A stretch of DNA of 64,000 nucleotides from an uncultured Actinomycetota bacterium (GTDB taxonomy: Bacteria > Actinomycetota > Thermoleophilia > Gaiellales > Gaiellaceae): assembly GCA_963703255.1 (NCBI GenBank), contig OY969809.1, forward strand, positions 11,332 through 75,331, read 5' to 3'. Below the pieces are notes generated by a model. It was not told the origin of the DNA, searched no databases, and saw only the letters and a list, made by a program, of their open reading frames with translations. Positions 1 to 9,967 of the stretch are shown here, piece after piece. The translations under genes were made by a program, and so were the position numbers. Positions within the stretch are counted from its first letter, which is position 1, and each line of letters starts with the position of its first letter.

Positions 1-218
1 GCGGCCGCGAGGGCTCCCGTCGGCCGCACCGCGGGAGGCCGATGGTGTCCCTGGAGAGAGCAACGAGCAACGAGCGTAGGCGTCCCGCGATGAGAGCAAG
101 GTGAGCGCGGCCCTCGGGTTGCGGTGCGCAAGATCGGATCACCTCACGCTGGCACCAACCGATACCTTGAGTCGCGGAGGGATTGGGCTGTGCTGTCAAC
201 CAGGGAGGAGCGACGCAG

Positions 219-743
219 ATGAGCGAGACAACGGAGAAGGCGATCCTGGCCGGTGGCTGCTTCTGGGGCATGCAGGACCTGATCCGCCGCCGCCCCGGCG
301 TCATCTCGACCCGGGTGGGCTACAGCGGCGGCGACGTCCCGAACGCGACCTATCGCAACCACGGCGGCCACGCCGAGGCGATCGAGATCACCTTCGATCC
401 CGAGCAGACCTCGTATCGCGAGCTGCTCGAGTTCTTCTTCCAGATCCACGACCCGACGACGCCGAACCGCCAGGGCAACGATCGTGGCACGAGCTACCGC
501 TCGGCGATCTACTACCTCGACGACGAGCAGCGCCGGATCGCCGAGGACACGATCGCCGACGTCGAGGCCTCAGGCCTGTGGCCCGGCAAGGTCGTGACCG
601 AGGTCGAGCCGGCCGGGCCGTTCTGGGAGGCAGAGCCCGAGCACCAGGACTACCTCGAGCGTTACCCGAACGGGTACACCTGCCACTTCCCGCGCCCCGG
701 CTGGGTCCTGCCGCGCCGCGCAGACGCCGTGACGACCGGCTAG
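219..743 (+). CDS. msrA: peptide-methionine (S)-S-oxide reductase MsrA
   Basis: ORF 183..743. GGCFWG catalytic motif near the N-terminus and full-length MsrA-like sequence. ATG at 219 is preceded by GGGAGGAG (203-210). Confidence 0.9.
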   Translation: MSETTEKAILAGGCFWGMQDLIRRRPGVISTRVGYSGGDVPNATYRNHGGHAEAIEITFDPEQTSYRELLEFFFQIHDPTTPNRQGNDRGTSYRSAIYYLDDEQRRIAEDTIADVEASGLWPGKVVTEVEPAGPFWEAEPEHQDYLERYPNGYTCHFPRPGWVLPRRADAVTTG

Positions 744-1051
744 AGGATCTCGTCGGCGAGCCGCTCGAGCGCGCTCGCGTGCGGCTCGAGCTCGCCGGAG
801 CGCAGTCCCTCGGTCACGCGGTCGGCGAGATGGCGTGCCTCGGTGACCTGGTCGGCGTTGAGGATCGTCGTCACGACGGCAAGTACGCCCCTGCCGCGGC
901 GAAGCTCGAGCACGACCGTGTTGAGCTCGCGATCGGCGATGTAGGAGTCCTCGGGGATGCCGACCCACACGACCGCCTCGCCGCCGTCGGGCAGCTGGAC
1001 CGTCTCGTGAATCGGGTTGCCGTGCAAGCTCACGGCGGCATTCTTGCTCAA
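740..1051 (-). CDS. hypothetical small protein (103 aa)
   Basis: C-terminal part of ORF 740..1213 ([30 protein letters not shown]...) has protein-like composition, unlike the Arg-rich upstream part. TTG at 1051 overlaps the stop of the upstream miniprotein (TTGA). No family recognised. Confidence 0.5.
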   Translation of the reverse strand: MSKNAAVSLHGNPIHETVQLPDGGEAVVWVGIPEDSYIADRELNTVVLELRRGRGVLAVVTTILNADQVTEARHLADRVTEGLRSGELEPHASALERLADEIL

Positions 1052-1245
1052 AGCGGGGGCGAGGCGCGGCGGAGACGCCACGCCCACGCCAGCAGCATGA
1101 CGCCGACGGCGAGCAGGATCGCGCCGATCACGGCCCACTCGGCGCTGCCGCTCATGAACGAGCCGTGGAGCACGTCGACTCCCTGGGCGATCCAGACCGC
1201 GCCGACGAGGCACGAGAGAAGGCCGGCGATCGCTCGGGTGAGCAT
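1048..1245 (-). CDS. small membrane protein (65 aa, two hydrophobic helices)
   Basis: Tail of ORF 1048..2139: [22 protein letters not shown]...AVIGAILLAVGVMLLAWAW. The ATG at 1245 overlaps the stop of the LLM oxidoreductase (ATGA). Confidence 0.55.
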   Translation of the reverse strand: MLTRAIAGLLSCLVGAVWIAQGVDVLHGSFMSGSAEWAVIGAILLAVGVMLLAWAWRLRRASPPL

Positions 1246-2246
1246 CAGCCGGATGGCTCTTTGTCGGCCAGGCCGGCCAGGAGCCCGTAGGAGCGCAGGC
1301 GAGCCTCGTGGTCGTGGATCGCCGCCGCGACGATCAGCTCGTCTGCCTGCGTCTCGGCCACGAACCGGTCGAGCTCCGGTCGCACCGTCGCGGGCGAGCC
1401 GACGAACGAGCAGCGCAGCATCGCCGAGGCGCGCTCCTTCTCGGCCGGCGTCCAGTAGGTCTCGATGTCGTCGATCGGGCGCGGCAGCCGGCCGCGGCGA
1501 CCGCGCTGGATGTTCGTGAACGACTGCTGCGCCGAGGTGAAGAGGTGGCGCGCCGTGTCGTCGTCGCCGGCGAGGATCGCGTTTACGCCCACCATTGCGT
1601 AGGGCTCCTCGAGCTGGGCGGAGGGCCTGAAGGTGGCGCGGTAGGTCTCGAGCGCGGGCAGGAGCGCCTCGGGCGCGAAGTGGGAGGCGAACGCGTACGG
1701 CAGGCCGAGCATCGCTGCCAGCTGCGCCCCGAAGAGGCTCGAGCCGAGGATCCAGAGCGGCACGTTGGTGCCCGCGCCCGGGGTCGCCCGCACGGACTGG
1801 CCGGGCTGAGGCTCGGCGAGGAAGTGCTGGAGCTCGATCACGTCCTGCGGAAACGTGTCGGCGGCGGCCGGGTCTCGGCGGAGCGCCCGCACCGTGAGCT
1901 GGTCGGTTCCGGGTGCCCGGCCGAGCCCCAGGTCGATCCGCCCGGGGTGGAGGGAGGCGAGCGTCCCGAACTGCTCGGCGATCACGAGGGGGGAGTGGTT
2001 CGGGAGCATGATCCCGCCCGCGCCGACGCGGATCGTCTGCGTCCCGGCGGCGACGTGCGCGATCACGACCGCGGTCGCGGCGCTCGCGATCCCGACTGCG
2101 TTGTGATGCTCGGCGAGCCAGAAGCGCTTGTAGCCCCACTGCTCGACGTGCTGGGCGAGGTCGAGCGAGTTCCGGAGCGCCTCGGCAGGCGTGGCGCCGT
2201 CGACGATCGGCGCCAGGTCGAGCACCGAGAGGGGCGGGAGCGGCAT
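1245..2246 (-). CDS. LLM-class (luciferase-like) flavin-dependent oxidoreductase
   Basis: ORF 1245..2732. Protein-like from [15 protein letters not shown] (ATG at 2246). [19 protein letters not shown] and [10 protein letters not shown] match the luciferase-like monooxygenase family. Confidence 0.85.
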   Translation of the reverse strand: MPLPPLSVLDLAPIVDGATPAEALRNSLDLAQHVEQWGYKRFWLAEHHNAVGIASAATAVVIAHVAAGTQTIRVGAGGIMLPNHSPLVIAEQFGTLASLHPGRIDLGLGRAPGTDQLTVRALRRDPAAADTFPQDVIELQHFLAEPQPGQSVRATPGAGTNVPLWILGSSLFGAQLAAMLGLPYAFASHFAPEALLPALETYRATFRPSAQLEEPYAMVGVNAILAGDDDTARHLFTSAQQSFTNIQRGRRGRLPRPIDDIETYWTPAEKERASAMLRCSFVGSPATVRPELDRFVAETQADELIVAAAIHDHEARLRSYGLLAGLADKEPSG

Positions 2247-2649
2247 GGGGCTACAGCCTGCCCGTCGGGGCCCGACCCGTGCGCCGTGATCTCTACCGCG
2301 CGCGCATCCGGTTGTTGCGCGGGTTGTGCTCGACCTCGGCCAGGCCGAGCGCTTCCAGGAGCTGCGGCATGTACATCCCGAGCGTCCTCGCAGGCCCTTC
2401 TCGAGGCCGTACCAGCCGCCTACGGGTTGTCGGGCGCGCGACCCCAGGCCTCCAGGTTCTCGCGCCAGCTGATGCTGCTCTTCGCGGGTGCGCAATCGCA
2501 GTCGCTCGTCCAGCGCTCCGCGGCGCCTGCCGGTGACGCGAGAGAGCTCGCGCGCGCTCGTCGCCGCGGCGCTCGACGGCTCCGAGCCCGGCGACTGACC
2601 CGGCGGATCTCTCGACGGCGGTCCGCTTGCCGTCGCTACGCTCGCTCCG

Positions 2650-3402
2650 ATGGCCGCGGGGACGATCACGATCGGGGATCTCGAGGTCGGGCGGCTCGGT
2701 TTCGGCGCCATGCGGATCACGGGCGAGGGCATCTGGGGGCCGCCGCGCGATCACGACGAGGCGATCCGCGTGCTTCGTCGGGCGGTCGAGCTCGGCGTGA
2801 CGCTGATCGACACCGCCGACTCCTACGGACCGAACGTGAGCGAGGAGCTGATCGCCGAGGCGCTCTACCCCTATCCGGCGGGCCTGGTCGTCGCGACGAA
2901 GGGCGGCAAGGTGCGGCCCGGCCCCGGCAACTGGGTCGACGACGGCCGGCCCGAGCACCTCCGGGAGGCCTGCGAGGGCTCGCTGAAGCGACTCCGGGTT
3001 GACCGGATCGACGTCTACCAGCTCCATGCGCCCGATCGGAATGTCCCGCTCGAGGAATCCGTAGGTGCGCTGAGAGATCTCCAGGTGGAGGGAAAGCTCC
3101 GCCACGTCGGGCTCTCGAACGTCTCGGTCGACGAGCTCGAGCGCGCCGAGAAGATCGTCCCGATCGTCTCGGTCCAGAACCTCTACCACGCCGACGATCG
3201 CTCCTCCGAGGACGTGCTCGACGCGTGCGAGGCCCGCGGCATCCCGTTTCTCCCGTGGTTCCCGCTCGGCGCGGGGAGAGCCTCGTCCCCGGTGGACGCG
3301 CTCGTGGAGCTGCTGCGCCGCTCGCCGGTGATGCTTCCCATCCCTGGCACCTCGTCGGCGGCGCACCTCGAAGAGAACATGCAGGCCGCGACGCTCGCCT
3401 GA
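2650..3402 (+). CDS. aldo/keto reductase
   Basis: ORF 2650..3402. [15 protein letters not shown] and [13 protein letters not shown] are AKR hallmarks. The segment before [11 protein letters not shown] looks about 15 aa shorter than typical family members. Confidence 0.85.
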   Translation: MAAGTITIGDLEVGRLGFGAMRITGEGIWGPPRDHDEAIRVLRRAVELGVTLIDTADSYGPNVSEELIAEALYPYPAGLVVATKGGKVRPGPGNWVDDGRPEHLREACEGSLKRLRVDRIDVYQLHAPDRNVPLEESVGALRDLQVEGKLRHVGLSNVSVDELERAEKIVPIVSVQNLYHADDRSSEDVLDACEARGIPFLPWFPLGAGRASSPVDALVELLRRSPVMLPIPGTSSAAHLEENMQAATLA

Positions 3403-3425
3403 GCGGACGCGGACCTCGAGCCCCG

Positions 3426-3980
3426 CTACGAGAAGAGCTGTAGCGCCGGCTCCTGGGAGGCCCTCGCCGTCGGTCCCGCGGTGCGGCCGGGCGAGCTGCC
3501 CTCCAGCTCGAGAAGGATCTGCTTGCGCTCCAGGCCGCCGGCGTAGCCCCTGAGCGCGCCGTCCTTGCCGAGGACGCGGTGGCAGGGAACGACGATCGAG
3601 AGCGGGTTCCGACCGACTGCCTGGCCGACCCGGCGCGCGAGGTCCCTCGTCCCGAGGGCATCCGCCAGCTCTCCGTAGGTCGTCGTCTCGCCGAACGGGA
3701 TCTCGCGGAGGAGCGCCCAGACGCGCTGCGCGAAGCCGTCTCCCGCCGCGGCGGTCGCCAGGTCGAACTCGGTGCGCTCGCCCTGCAGGTACTCCCGAAT
3801 CTGCCGGGCGGCTTCCGAGAGGACGGGGTCGGACGCGATGTCGAGGGCCGGGCCGAAGCTCGCACGGTCGGGACGTGTCCAGTGGCCGGGGAAGTAGATG
3901 CCGGCGAGCTCGTCACCGGCCGCGACCAGAGTGAGCTCGCCGAGCTCTTGCGTGCGGAGGATTGCGTGGCGCTTGTTCAT
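3426..3980 (-). CDS. ogt: methylated-DNA--protein-cysteine methyltransferase
   Basis: ORF 3426..3980. Active-site VPCHRV motif and the C-terminal DNA-binding domain pattern of Ogt/Ada. Confidence 0.9.
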   Translation of the reverse strand: MNKRHAILRTQELGELTLVAAGDELAGIYFPGHWTRPDRASFGPALDIASDPVLSEAARQIREYLQGERTEFDLATAAAGDGFAQRVWALLREIPFGETTTYGELADALGTRDLARRVGQAVGRNPLSIVVPCHRVLGKDGALRGYAGGLERKQILLELEGSSPGRTAGPTARASQEPALQLFS

Positions 3981-4205
3981 CGTTCTCTCCCCTCGGATGC
4001 GACCTTTGTCTCACATTGAACGGACGGGACGCCCGCCGTGTGAGATGTTGCATGCCCGTTCGAATAATCTCCTTGCGGAGCGCGACGACCCGAGGCCGAT
4101 CGTGGTGGGGGTGTCTTGGCCGACGGGAACGAGGAGTCGCGCGAGAGTTCGATCGAGTCGAAAGAGAGCTTTCTCTCGTCCAGCATCGACCAAAGGAGCC
4201 ATGAC

Positions 4206-4604
4206 GTGACCAGTGCCGTACCGCATCGCAGACTGCTCGCCCTTGTTGCCTTCTCGGTCGCCGTTCTCGGCATGCTGCTCGGCGCCGGCGCCGGACGGGC
4301 CGATTCGACCCCGATCGGCGCCCTTCCAGCCGGACCGGTCACGAGCACGACGACGAAGGCGGGCCAGCTCGTCGCAGTGGCGTTGCCGAAGGCCAGCGAC
4401 TCTTCCGGCCTCGTCTGGCGTGTCGCCCGCAGCTACGACCCCGCGGTGGTCAAGGAGATCTCAGAAGGCGATGTGGGCTCGAGCGTCGTGCTCGTCTTCA
4501 AGGTCGTCGGCCGTGGCGACACCTCGCTCGTCTTCGCACTGACGCGGGGAGACACGTCCTCGAAGGCGGTGAAATCGGCGACACACAAGATCCACGTGGC
4601 CTGA
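4206..4604 (+). CDS. secreted protein, possibly chagasin-like (I42) beta-sandwich
   Basis: ORF 4116..4604. GTG at 4206 follows AAGGAG (4194-4199). Signal-peptide-like RRLLALVAFSVAVLGMLLGAGAG. The resemblance to the inhibitor_I42 layout is weak (LPKASDSSGLVWRV...VLVFKVVGRGDTSLVFAL). Confidence 0.6.
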   Translation: MTSAVPHRRLLALVAFSVAVLGMLLGAGAGRADSTPIGALPAGPVTSTTTKAGQLVAVALPKASDSSGLVWRVARSYDPAVVKEISEGDVGSSVVLVFKVVGRGDTSLVFALTRGDTSSKAVKSATHKIHVA

Positions 4605-4800
4605 TCGCCCCTGCCGTGCCGGGACCGAATTCGGGCTCTGACACCGTTGCGAAGCTCAGCGACGCATCGAATTTGCAGGTGGTTTCCGCCGTTTCGACGC
4701 AACACAGGCGTTCGTCGCGGCGGGCTCTGACACCGCCGTTAGGGCACGGCTCGAGGAGACCTCGCGGAGCGACGGACGGCTCGAACGGCGAGCCCGAGGT

Positions 4801-4920
4801 CTACGGGCGGTCTGTCCGCTCGCGCTCGGCGGCGGCGGCGCGCTTGTCGACCCGTTTCTCCTTGAGCGTCTTCGCTGCGGCCTTCTTCTGGAGCTTCTTC
4901 GGCTTGGCTGAGTTCTTCAC
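4801..4920 (-). CDS. possible Lys/Arg-rich miniprotein (39 aa)
   Basis: Tail of ORF 4801..5100: VKNSAKPKKLQKKAAAKTLKEKRVDKRAAAAERERTDRP. GTG at 4920 is preceded by GAGGAA. Speculative. Confidence 0.3.
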   Translation of the reverse strand: MKNSAKPKKLQKKAAAKTLKEKRVDKRAAAAERERTDRP

Positions 4921-5145
4921 CGGGGGTTCCTCTCTTCGGATTGACGGCTCGCTCGTCGGAAGCTCCGCAGCGGGCTCGCGCTCGCCTGCGGAGGCCACGC
5001 ACCCTCGGACGACGCGTCGCCTTCTCCCGTGTTCAGGCCCAGACCCGACGCAACTCGTTACGAGTGCAGAAGCGGAAGGAGAGAGCTCGTTCGACCCCAC
5101 AGTAGCGCCCGGCCCGGGCGGCAGGGGCGCCGGGGCCCGGGGCGA

Positions 5146-5457
5146 TCAGTCTCTCTCGGGCTCCGGCAGGGGCTCCTCGGTGCTGAGCACCTCGCTCAGC
5201 ATGTACTGCAGATCGTCGAGAAGCCCGCCGGGCTCGAACCGCGATTGCACGATCCGCTGCAGCGCGCGCGTCTCGGGGCGCGAGAAGACGAGCCGGCGCC
5301 GGCGCTGCGGGGCCGAGAAGGAGATGTCCTTGAGCCGGGTCGCGAGGTCGCGTGAGCCGATCGACGACCCCGACGAGGCCTCGGCCGCCGACAGGAGGAG
5401 CTGCGCGTCGCTCTCGGTGAGCGTGATCTTCCGGCCGATGAGGTCGAGCTCGAGCAT
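5146..5457 (-). CDS. hypothetical protein (103 aa)
   Basis: ORF 5146..5457. Balanced amino-acid composition, lies downstream of the GH130 gene on the same strand. No family recognised. Confidence 0.6.
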   Translation of the reverse strand: MLELDLIGRKITLTESDAQLLLSAAEASSGSSIGSRDLATRLKDISFSAPQRRRRLVFSRPETRALQRIVQSRFEPGGLLDDLQYMLSEVLSTEEPLPEPERD

Positions 5458-5520
5458 CAGGTCGATGATGCCTTGCTCTGCAACGTCGGTCCCGGGGATC
5501 CGATCGTCGCAGCGCGAGGC

Positions 5521-6468
5521 TCAGCTTTCAAGGGGGGCGGCAAGGAGGTTGGTCATGAGCTCGTCGAGGTGTGCTGTTGCGAGGCAGATCGAGCTGTCGG
5601 CGGCACCGTAGTAGAGACGGAGCTCGTTCCGCGGGAGATCGTGGATGAGCCCGCAGGGAAAGACGACGTTCGGAACGTCGCCGGTTCGCTCGTAGGTTTC
5701 GAGCGGAGAGAGGATCCAAGCCGGGAGACGTCGCAGGACGCGCGTCGGCTCTTCGAGATCGAGCAGGGCGGCTCCGACCCGGTAGATCTCTCCTGAAACG
5801 GTCTCCTTGACTCCGTGGTAGATCAGGAGCCAGCCCTCGTCGGTGCGCAGTGGCGGCGGGCCGAGCCCGATCCGGAGGGAGTCCCACCACGCGCCTTCAC
5901 GCGGCTGGAGCACCTGCTCGGGCGAGCTCCAACTCTCGAGATCGGGTGAGCGCGAGAGGAGGATCTCGCCGCGGGCGCCTCCGAAGGCGGTCTTCGGACG
6001 ATGGAAGAGAACCCAGCGGCCGTCGATCCGGTGGGGCAGCAGCGCCGCGTTCTTGTCCTCGGGATGCCTGATCACGCCGTAGCGCTCGACTGTCGTGAAG
6101 TCCTCCGTCGTGGCGAGGAACACGGCGGGCCCGGCCGGGCCGTACGCCGTGCAGGTGATGACCCAGCGGTCGAGCTCCTCGACCCACACGGCCCGTGGAT
6201 CCTCGAACCCCCAGAGCTCGCTGGCGACGCCGGAGTCGGGTGCGAGCAGAGGCTCGGAAGCGATCGACCAGCCGTCGACGCCGTTCTTCGACCGGGCGAC
6301 CGTGAGATGCGAGATGCCCGTTCGATCCTCGACCCGGGCGACGAGGACGGTCTCGCCGTCCAGCATGGCTGCGGCGGGGTTGAAGACGGCGTTGACGGGA
6401 TACGGCCAGTCGTCGGCTGTGAGGATCGGGTTGGCGGGATGCCGTTGAAGGAGCTCGTGCGCGCTCAT
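5521..6468 (-). CDS. GH130-family glycoside hydrolase/phosphorylase (beta-mannoside phosphorylase-like)
   Basis: ORF 5521..6468. NPILT...VFNPAA...GFEDPR...EDKNAALLP...WVLFHRP...IGLGPPP pattern is typical of GH130 (DUF377). Confidence 0.85.
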   Translation of the reverse strand: MSAHELLQRHPANPILTADDWPYPVNAVFNPAAAMLDGETVLVARVEDRTGISHLTVARSKNGVDGWSIASEPLLAPDSGVASELWGFEDPRAVWVEELDRWVITCTAYGPAGPAVFLATTEDFTTVERYGVIRHPEDKNAALLPHRIDGRWVLFHRPKTAFGGARGEILLSRSPDLESWSSPEQVLQPREGAWWDSLRIGLGPPPLRTDEGWLLIYHGVKETVSGEIYRVGAALLDLEEPTRVLRRLPAWILSPLETYERTGDVPNVVFPCGLIHDLPRNELRLYYGAADSSICLATAHLDELMTNLLAAPLES

Positions 6469-8693
6469 GCTCCCGCTCGTGCAGGGGCGGGCTCCCTCAG
6501 GCTCGAGCGGACTCCGGCGGCATCGAGCAGCAGGGCCGCGCGGTGGAGCGAGAGGGTCGATTCGGCGCCTTCGTTCTGATTGAGCTCCTCGTCCCCGAGA
6601 CCGTCGCAGCAGCCGCCGGTCGCGAAGTCGTAGAGCGGCTTCTGGAGGCGGTTGCCTCCCATGAACCAGCCGAAGGCCCGGGTGGCGCGGATCCCGTGGC
6701 TCGAGTCCCCGGTGATCGCGAAGGCGGCGAGCTCGGCCTCGACGAGCGCGGCGACCTCGAGAGGCTGCTCGTCGCCCGAGCCCGGGCCGATCTCGTCGCG
6801 ATGACGGCCCCGATGGCCCGAGAGGCGAACGAGGTCGTCCAGCCCGTACTCGTCGCCGAGCCAGCGAAGCGACTCGAGCCCCGCCGCGGTGATGTCGTCG
6901 CGCTCGAGTGCGACCCCGCCGAGGATCAGGGCCTGCGGCAGGCGGGCATTGTCGTAGGTGAGCCTGTCCTCGAACCAGCGCCAGCCCTCGGAGGCCGACT
7001 GCTCGTAAGCCTCGGCGAGCTGCTCGACCAGGCGCTCGAGCAGGCGGCGGCTCTTGAGGTCGAGCCGGTCGCCGTCGAGCCGCGAGAGCCCGAGAACCGT
7101 GTAGGCGGCCGTGCGGAGGGAGACCTCGCCGCCCAGCATCCCGACCAGGCGGTCGAGGAGGTCGCGCGCGGGCCCGACGAGTGCCGGGATCCAGGCGGTG
7201 GCAAGGATCTCGCCGAGCGTCCAGACCGAGCGCCCGACATGGTCGCCCAGGTACGGCTCGTCGAGCCAGCGGCGGTCGTAGCTCATGAAGTTGCGCATCC
7301 CGCCTTCCCCGGTCGCGTCGAGCAGGAACGCGAGGGAGCGGTTGAGGATCGAGGTCCAGACCTGCTCGTCACCGCGCCTCGCAAAGGCAAGCGAGACCGT
7401 GGCGAGGCGGGCGACGTCGTCGACGCAATAGCCGCTCTCGCGGTTCGGGATGATCCCGTAGGCGTGCTGGATGATCCCGACGTCGTCGACGAGCGTGAGC
7501 AGATGGTCGTTTCGCAGGCTCGTCAGCTGGAGCCCCGCGGCGCCGATCGGCCTGCGGCGCGGCGCGATCTCGTGAGCCTCCGCGAGAACCGCCGCCGTGG
7601 CTTCCGCCACCGACGGCCACGCGAGCGATGAGCCGATGCGCGCAGCCTCGCGCCGGGCTGTCTCGAGCGTCTCCGGGCTGTCGAGGTACGACCCGACCGC
7701 CTCGGCGATGGCGCTCGGGTCGTCGAAGGGGACGAGAGCCCCCGCGCCGGAGGCGAGCATGTCCTGCGCGTACCAGTAAGGCGTCGAGACGACGGCGCAA
7801 CCGGCGGCGAGCGCGAAGGTGAGCGCGCCCGAGGCGATCTGCTCGCGGCTCCGGTACGGGGTGACGAACACATCCGTGGCGGAAAGCAGGTCGGCAAGCT
7901 CGTCGATCGAGAGAAACCGGTCGTCGAACTCGACGTGATCCTCGAGCCCCAGCTCCATGACGCGGCGACCGAGCATCAGCCGGTAGCTCTCGCCTTCGCG
8001 ACGCTCGATGTCCGGATGGGTTCGCCCGGCGATCACGTAGACCACGTCGGGGTGACGCTCCAGGAGCGCAGGGAGCGCTTCGATCGCCGTCTCGAGGCCC
8101 TTGCCGGGAGAGATCAAGCCGAACGTCGAGAGCTGGGCCCGTTCGCCCCGGCGGTACGGAGGGCGCTCGAGCGCGCGCCCCGCGATTCGCTTGGGTGCGC
8201 CGTGGGGCACGACGCGCACCTTCTCGGCCGGGCAGGCGCCGCAGCCGACGAGGAGCCGCTCTGCCGTTTCGGTCATGACGATCACGAGCTCGGCCTCGCC
8301 GCAGAGCTCGGCGAGCGTCGCGGCCTGGTGCGGGGTCGGCTCGGAGAGGACCGTGTGGAGGGTGACGACGAGCGGCTGTGCGAGCTCGCGCGCGAACGAC
8401 AGCACGTACTCGCCGTCGGGCCCGCCGAAGATCCCGTACTCGTGCTGCAGCAGCACGACGTCGACATCCATCCGGCCGAGCATCCGGGCGGTGCGCACGT
8501 AGTCGCCGCGGACGGCCTGGGCGATCGTCCCGAGCACACCTCGTCGCTGCGGGCTCGACGGCTCGTTGACGATCGCGACCAGGTCGACGCCGTCGATCTC
8601 GGGGACACCGAGGAGGGTCGTGCGCAGGTCGGCCGCGAACGTTCCGATCCCGCAGACGCGCGGTGGATACGTCGAGACGACTGCCGCGCGCAA
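6465..8693 (-). CDS. two-domain glycosyltransferase: N-terminal GT4 domain plus ~350-aa C-terminal domain of unknown function
   Basis: ORF 6465..8693 (742 aa). The N-terminus (VSTYPPRVCGIGTFAADL) and the later GT-B fold match GT4 mannosyltransferase-like enzymes. Its stop overlaps the GH130 start (ATGA). Confidence 0.85.
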   Translation of the reverse strand: MRAAVVSTYPPRVCGIGTFAADLRTTLLGVPEIDGVDLVAIVNEPSSPQRRGVLGTIAQAVRGDYVRTARMLGRMDVDVVLLQHEYGIFGGPDGEYVLSFARELAQPLVVTLHTVLSEPTPHQAATLAELCGEAELVIVMTETAERLLVGCGACPAEKVRVVPHGAPKRIAGRALERPPYRRGERAQLSTFGLISPGKGLETAIEALPALLERHPDVVYVIAGRTHPDIERREGESYRLMLGRRVMELGLEDHVEFDDRFLSIDELADLLSATDVFVTPYRSREQIASGALTFALAAGCAVVSTPYWYAQDMLASGAGALVPFDDPSAIAEAVGSYLDSPETLETARREAARIGSSLAWPSVAEATAAVLAEAHEIAPRRRPIGAAGLQLTSLRNDHLLTLVDDVGIIQHAYGIIPNRESGYCVDDVARLATVSLAFARRGDEQVWTSILNRSLAFLLDATGEGGMRNFMSYDRRWLDEPYLGDHVGRSVWTLGEILATAWIPALVGPARDLLDRLVGMLGGEVSLRTAAYTVLGLSRLDGDRLDLKSRRLLERLVEQLAEAYEQSASEGWRWFEDRLTYDNARLPQALILGGVALERDDITAAGLESLRWLGDEYGLDDLVRLSGHRGRHRDEIGPGSGDEQPLEVAALVEAELAAFAITGDSSHGIRATRAFGWFMGGNRLQKPLYDFATGGCCDGLGDEELNQNEGAESTLSLHRAALLLDAAGVRSSLREPAPARAGA

Positions 8694-8989
8694 CCGCTAC
8701 CTCCGCGGAGGTATGGGCGGCGGCACGATCGCGGTCTGAAGCCGCATTGGAGCCTGCAGCCCGTTCCGGATCGATGTCCGCTCACCAAACACGCGACCGC
8801 CGGCCGCGCGCCAACGATTCAGCGTTCGCCTCAGTGCCTTCTTCACAGTTTGTCCCCTCTTTGTGACTCCCCGAAAGGCAAGCGGCGGGCTCGTGCGGGA
8901 GTCAGAACACGGGAACGCGTGTTCCACGGTATCAGCCGGGGTCGCGGTGGCCGGCTCCGCGGCCGGTTGTCGGGCTGCGTAGCGAGCTT

Positions 8990-9211
8990 CTAAAGCGGGT
9001 AGTTCCGCCGCCAGTGGTCCTCGGCGCGCTCGAGGGCGGCTGCGAGCGTGCGGCCACGTAGCCCCTGGGCCGTGTCGATGGCGTAGCCGCCGCGGGCCAG
9101 GTGCGTCTCGGGCGAGGTCGGGCGGAACGTCGCCTCGAAGAACCCGGTGCGGAGCTCGCGAACCCGGATCGTGACGTCGCCCAGTTCGCTCGACAGTTCA
9201 GGCACGTCCAT
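8990..9211 (-). CDS. hypothetical small protein (73 aa)
   Basis: ORF 8990..9211 with non-repetitive, protein-like composition. No family recognised. Confidence 0.5.
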   Translation of the reverse strand: MDVPELSSELGDVTIRVRELRTGFFEATFRPTSPETHLARGGYAIDTAQGLRGRTLAAALERAEDHWRRNYPL

Positions 9212-9376
9212 GGAGGAGTGATATCAGCGACCGGACAGGCGGGACCGCCTCCGTGGGGCGTGGGCCGCAGCGGGGGGAGAAGGCGCGACTGCTAGCCTGG
9301 TAGTGGAAGTTCCATGCGCTTCTGTCCCCATTGACCCTTCGGCCAACGTGGCCATGAGGCGGGAGAGAGGCTGAGA

Positions 9377-9967
9377 ATGCAGGTGAGCATGAGCACGGCA
9401 AGCAGGACGAACGGGCGCCTGCCGTCCGAGTTCGAGCGGCGCGCGCTCGAGAAACGCGAGCAAAGCCCACGGCTTCGGTTCAAGGTCGGTGACCTCGTCG
9501 TGTACGGGAGCCACGGCATCGCGCGCGTCCGTGCGACGTCCAAGTCGGGCGCCGGAGGAGCTGACGTCATCGTCCTGGAGTTCGAGGATGCCCTGTCGAT
9601 GACGCTGCCGGTCGAGCGCGCCCATGCACGGCTGCGTGCCCTCGTCGGCGTGGCGGAGATCGCATCGGTGCAGCGCGCGCTGCGGTCGACGGAGGCATCG
9701 GAGCCCGCCACCTGGAGGCTGCGTCGGAAGATGATGCAGGAGAAGATCAACGCCGGCGACCCCGTCGGGCTCGCCGAGATCATCCGCGACGCAGCTCAGC
9801 GCGACACGCGGGTGATCGACCGCGGTCAGACGACCTCGCTGTCGCTGACCGAGCGCCAGCTCTACCTGCGTGCCCGGAAGCTGCTCGCAGCCGAGATCGG
9901 AGCCTTCCAGGGAGCCGATGAGGCAGCGGGCGACGAGTGGATCGAAAAGCAGCTCGTCGAGAGCTGA
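9377..9967 (+). CDS. CarD/CdnL-family transcriptional regulator-like protein
   Basis: ORF 9377..9967. FKVGDLVVYGSHGIARV matches the CarD_CdnL_TRCF N-terminal domain and is followed by a helical C-terminal domain. Confidence 0.75.
   Translation: MQVSMSTASRTNGRLPSEFERRALEKREQSPRLRFKVGDLVVYGSHGIARVRATSKSGAGGADVIVLEFEDALSMTLPVERAHARLRALVGVAEIASVQRALRSTEASEPATWRLRRKMMQEKINAGDPVGLAEIIRDAAQRDTRVIDRGQTTSLSLTERQLYLRARKLLAAEIGAFQGADEAAGDEWIEKQLVES

Noticed and set aside
3290-3402. Aldo/keto reductase looks about 15 aa shorter before [11 protein letters not shown], and it ends at a TGA where relatives usually continue with L.LSxEDL (downstream reads ADADLEP).
   Set aside because: The ORF is continuous and retains all core motifs. 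The differences could be natural variation, and I cannot establish truncation without an alignment.
4616-5611. 331-aa plus-strand ORF spanning the 4.6-5.6 kb region.
   Set aside because: Its composition is Ser/Arg-rich and low-complexity. It overlaps the better-supported minus-strand ORFs 5146..5457 and 5521..6468 in antisense.
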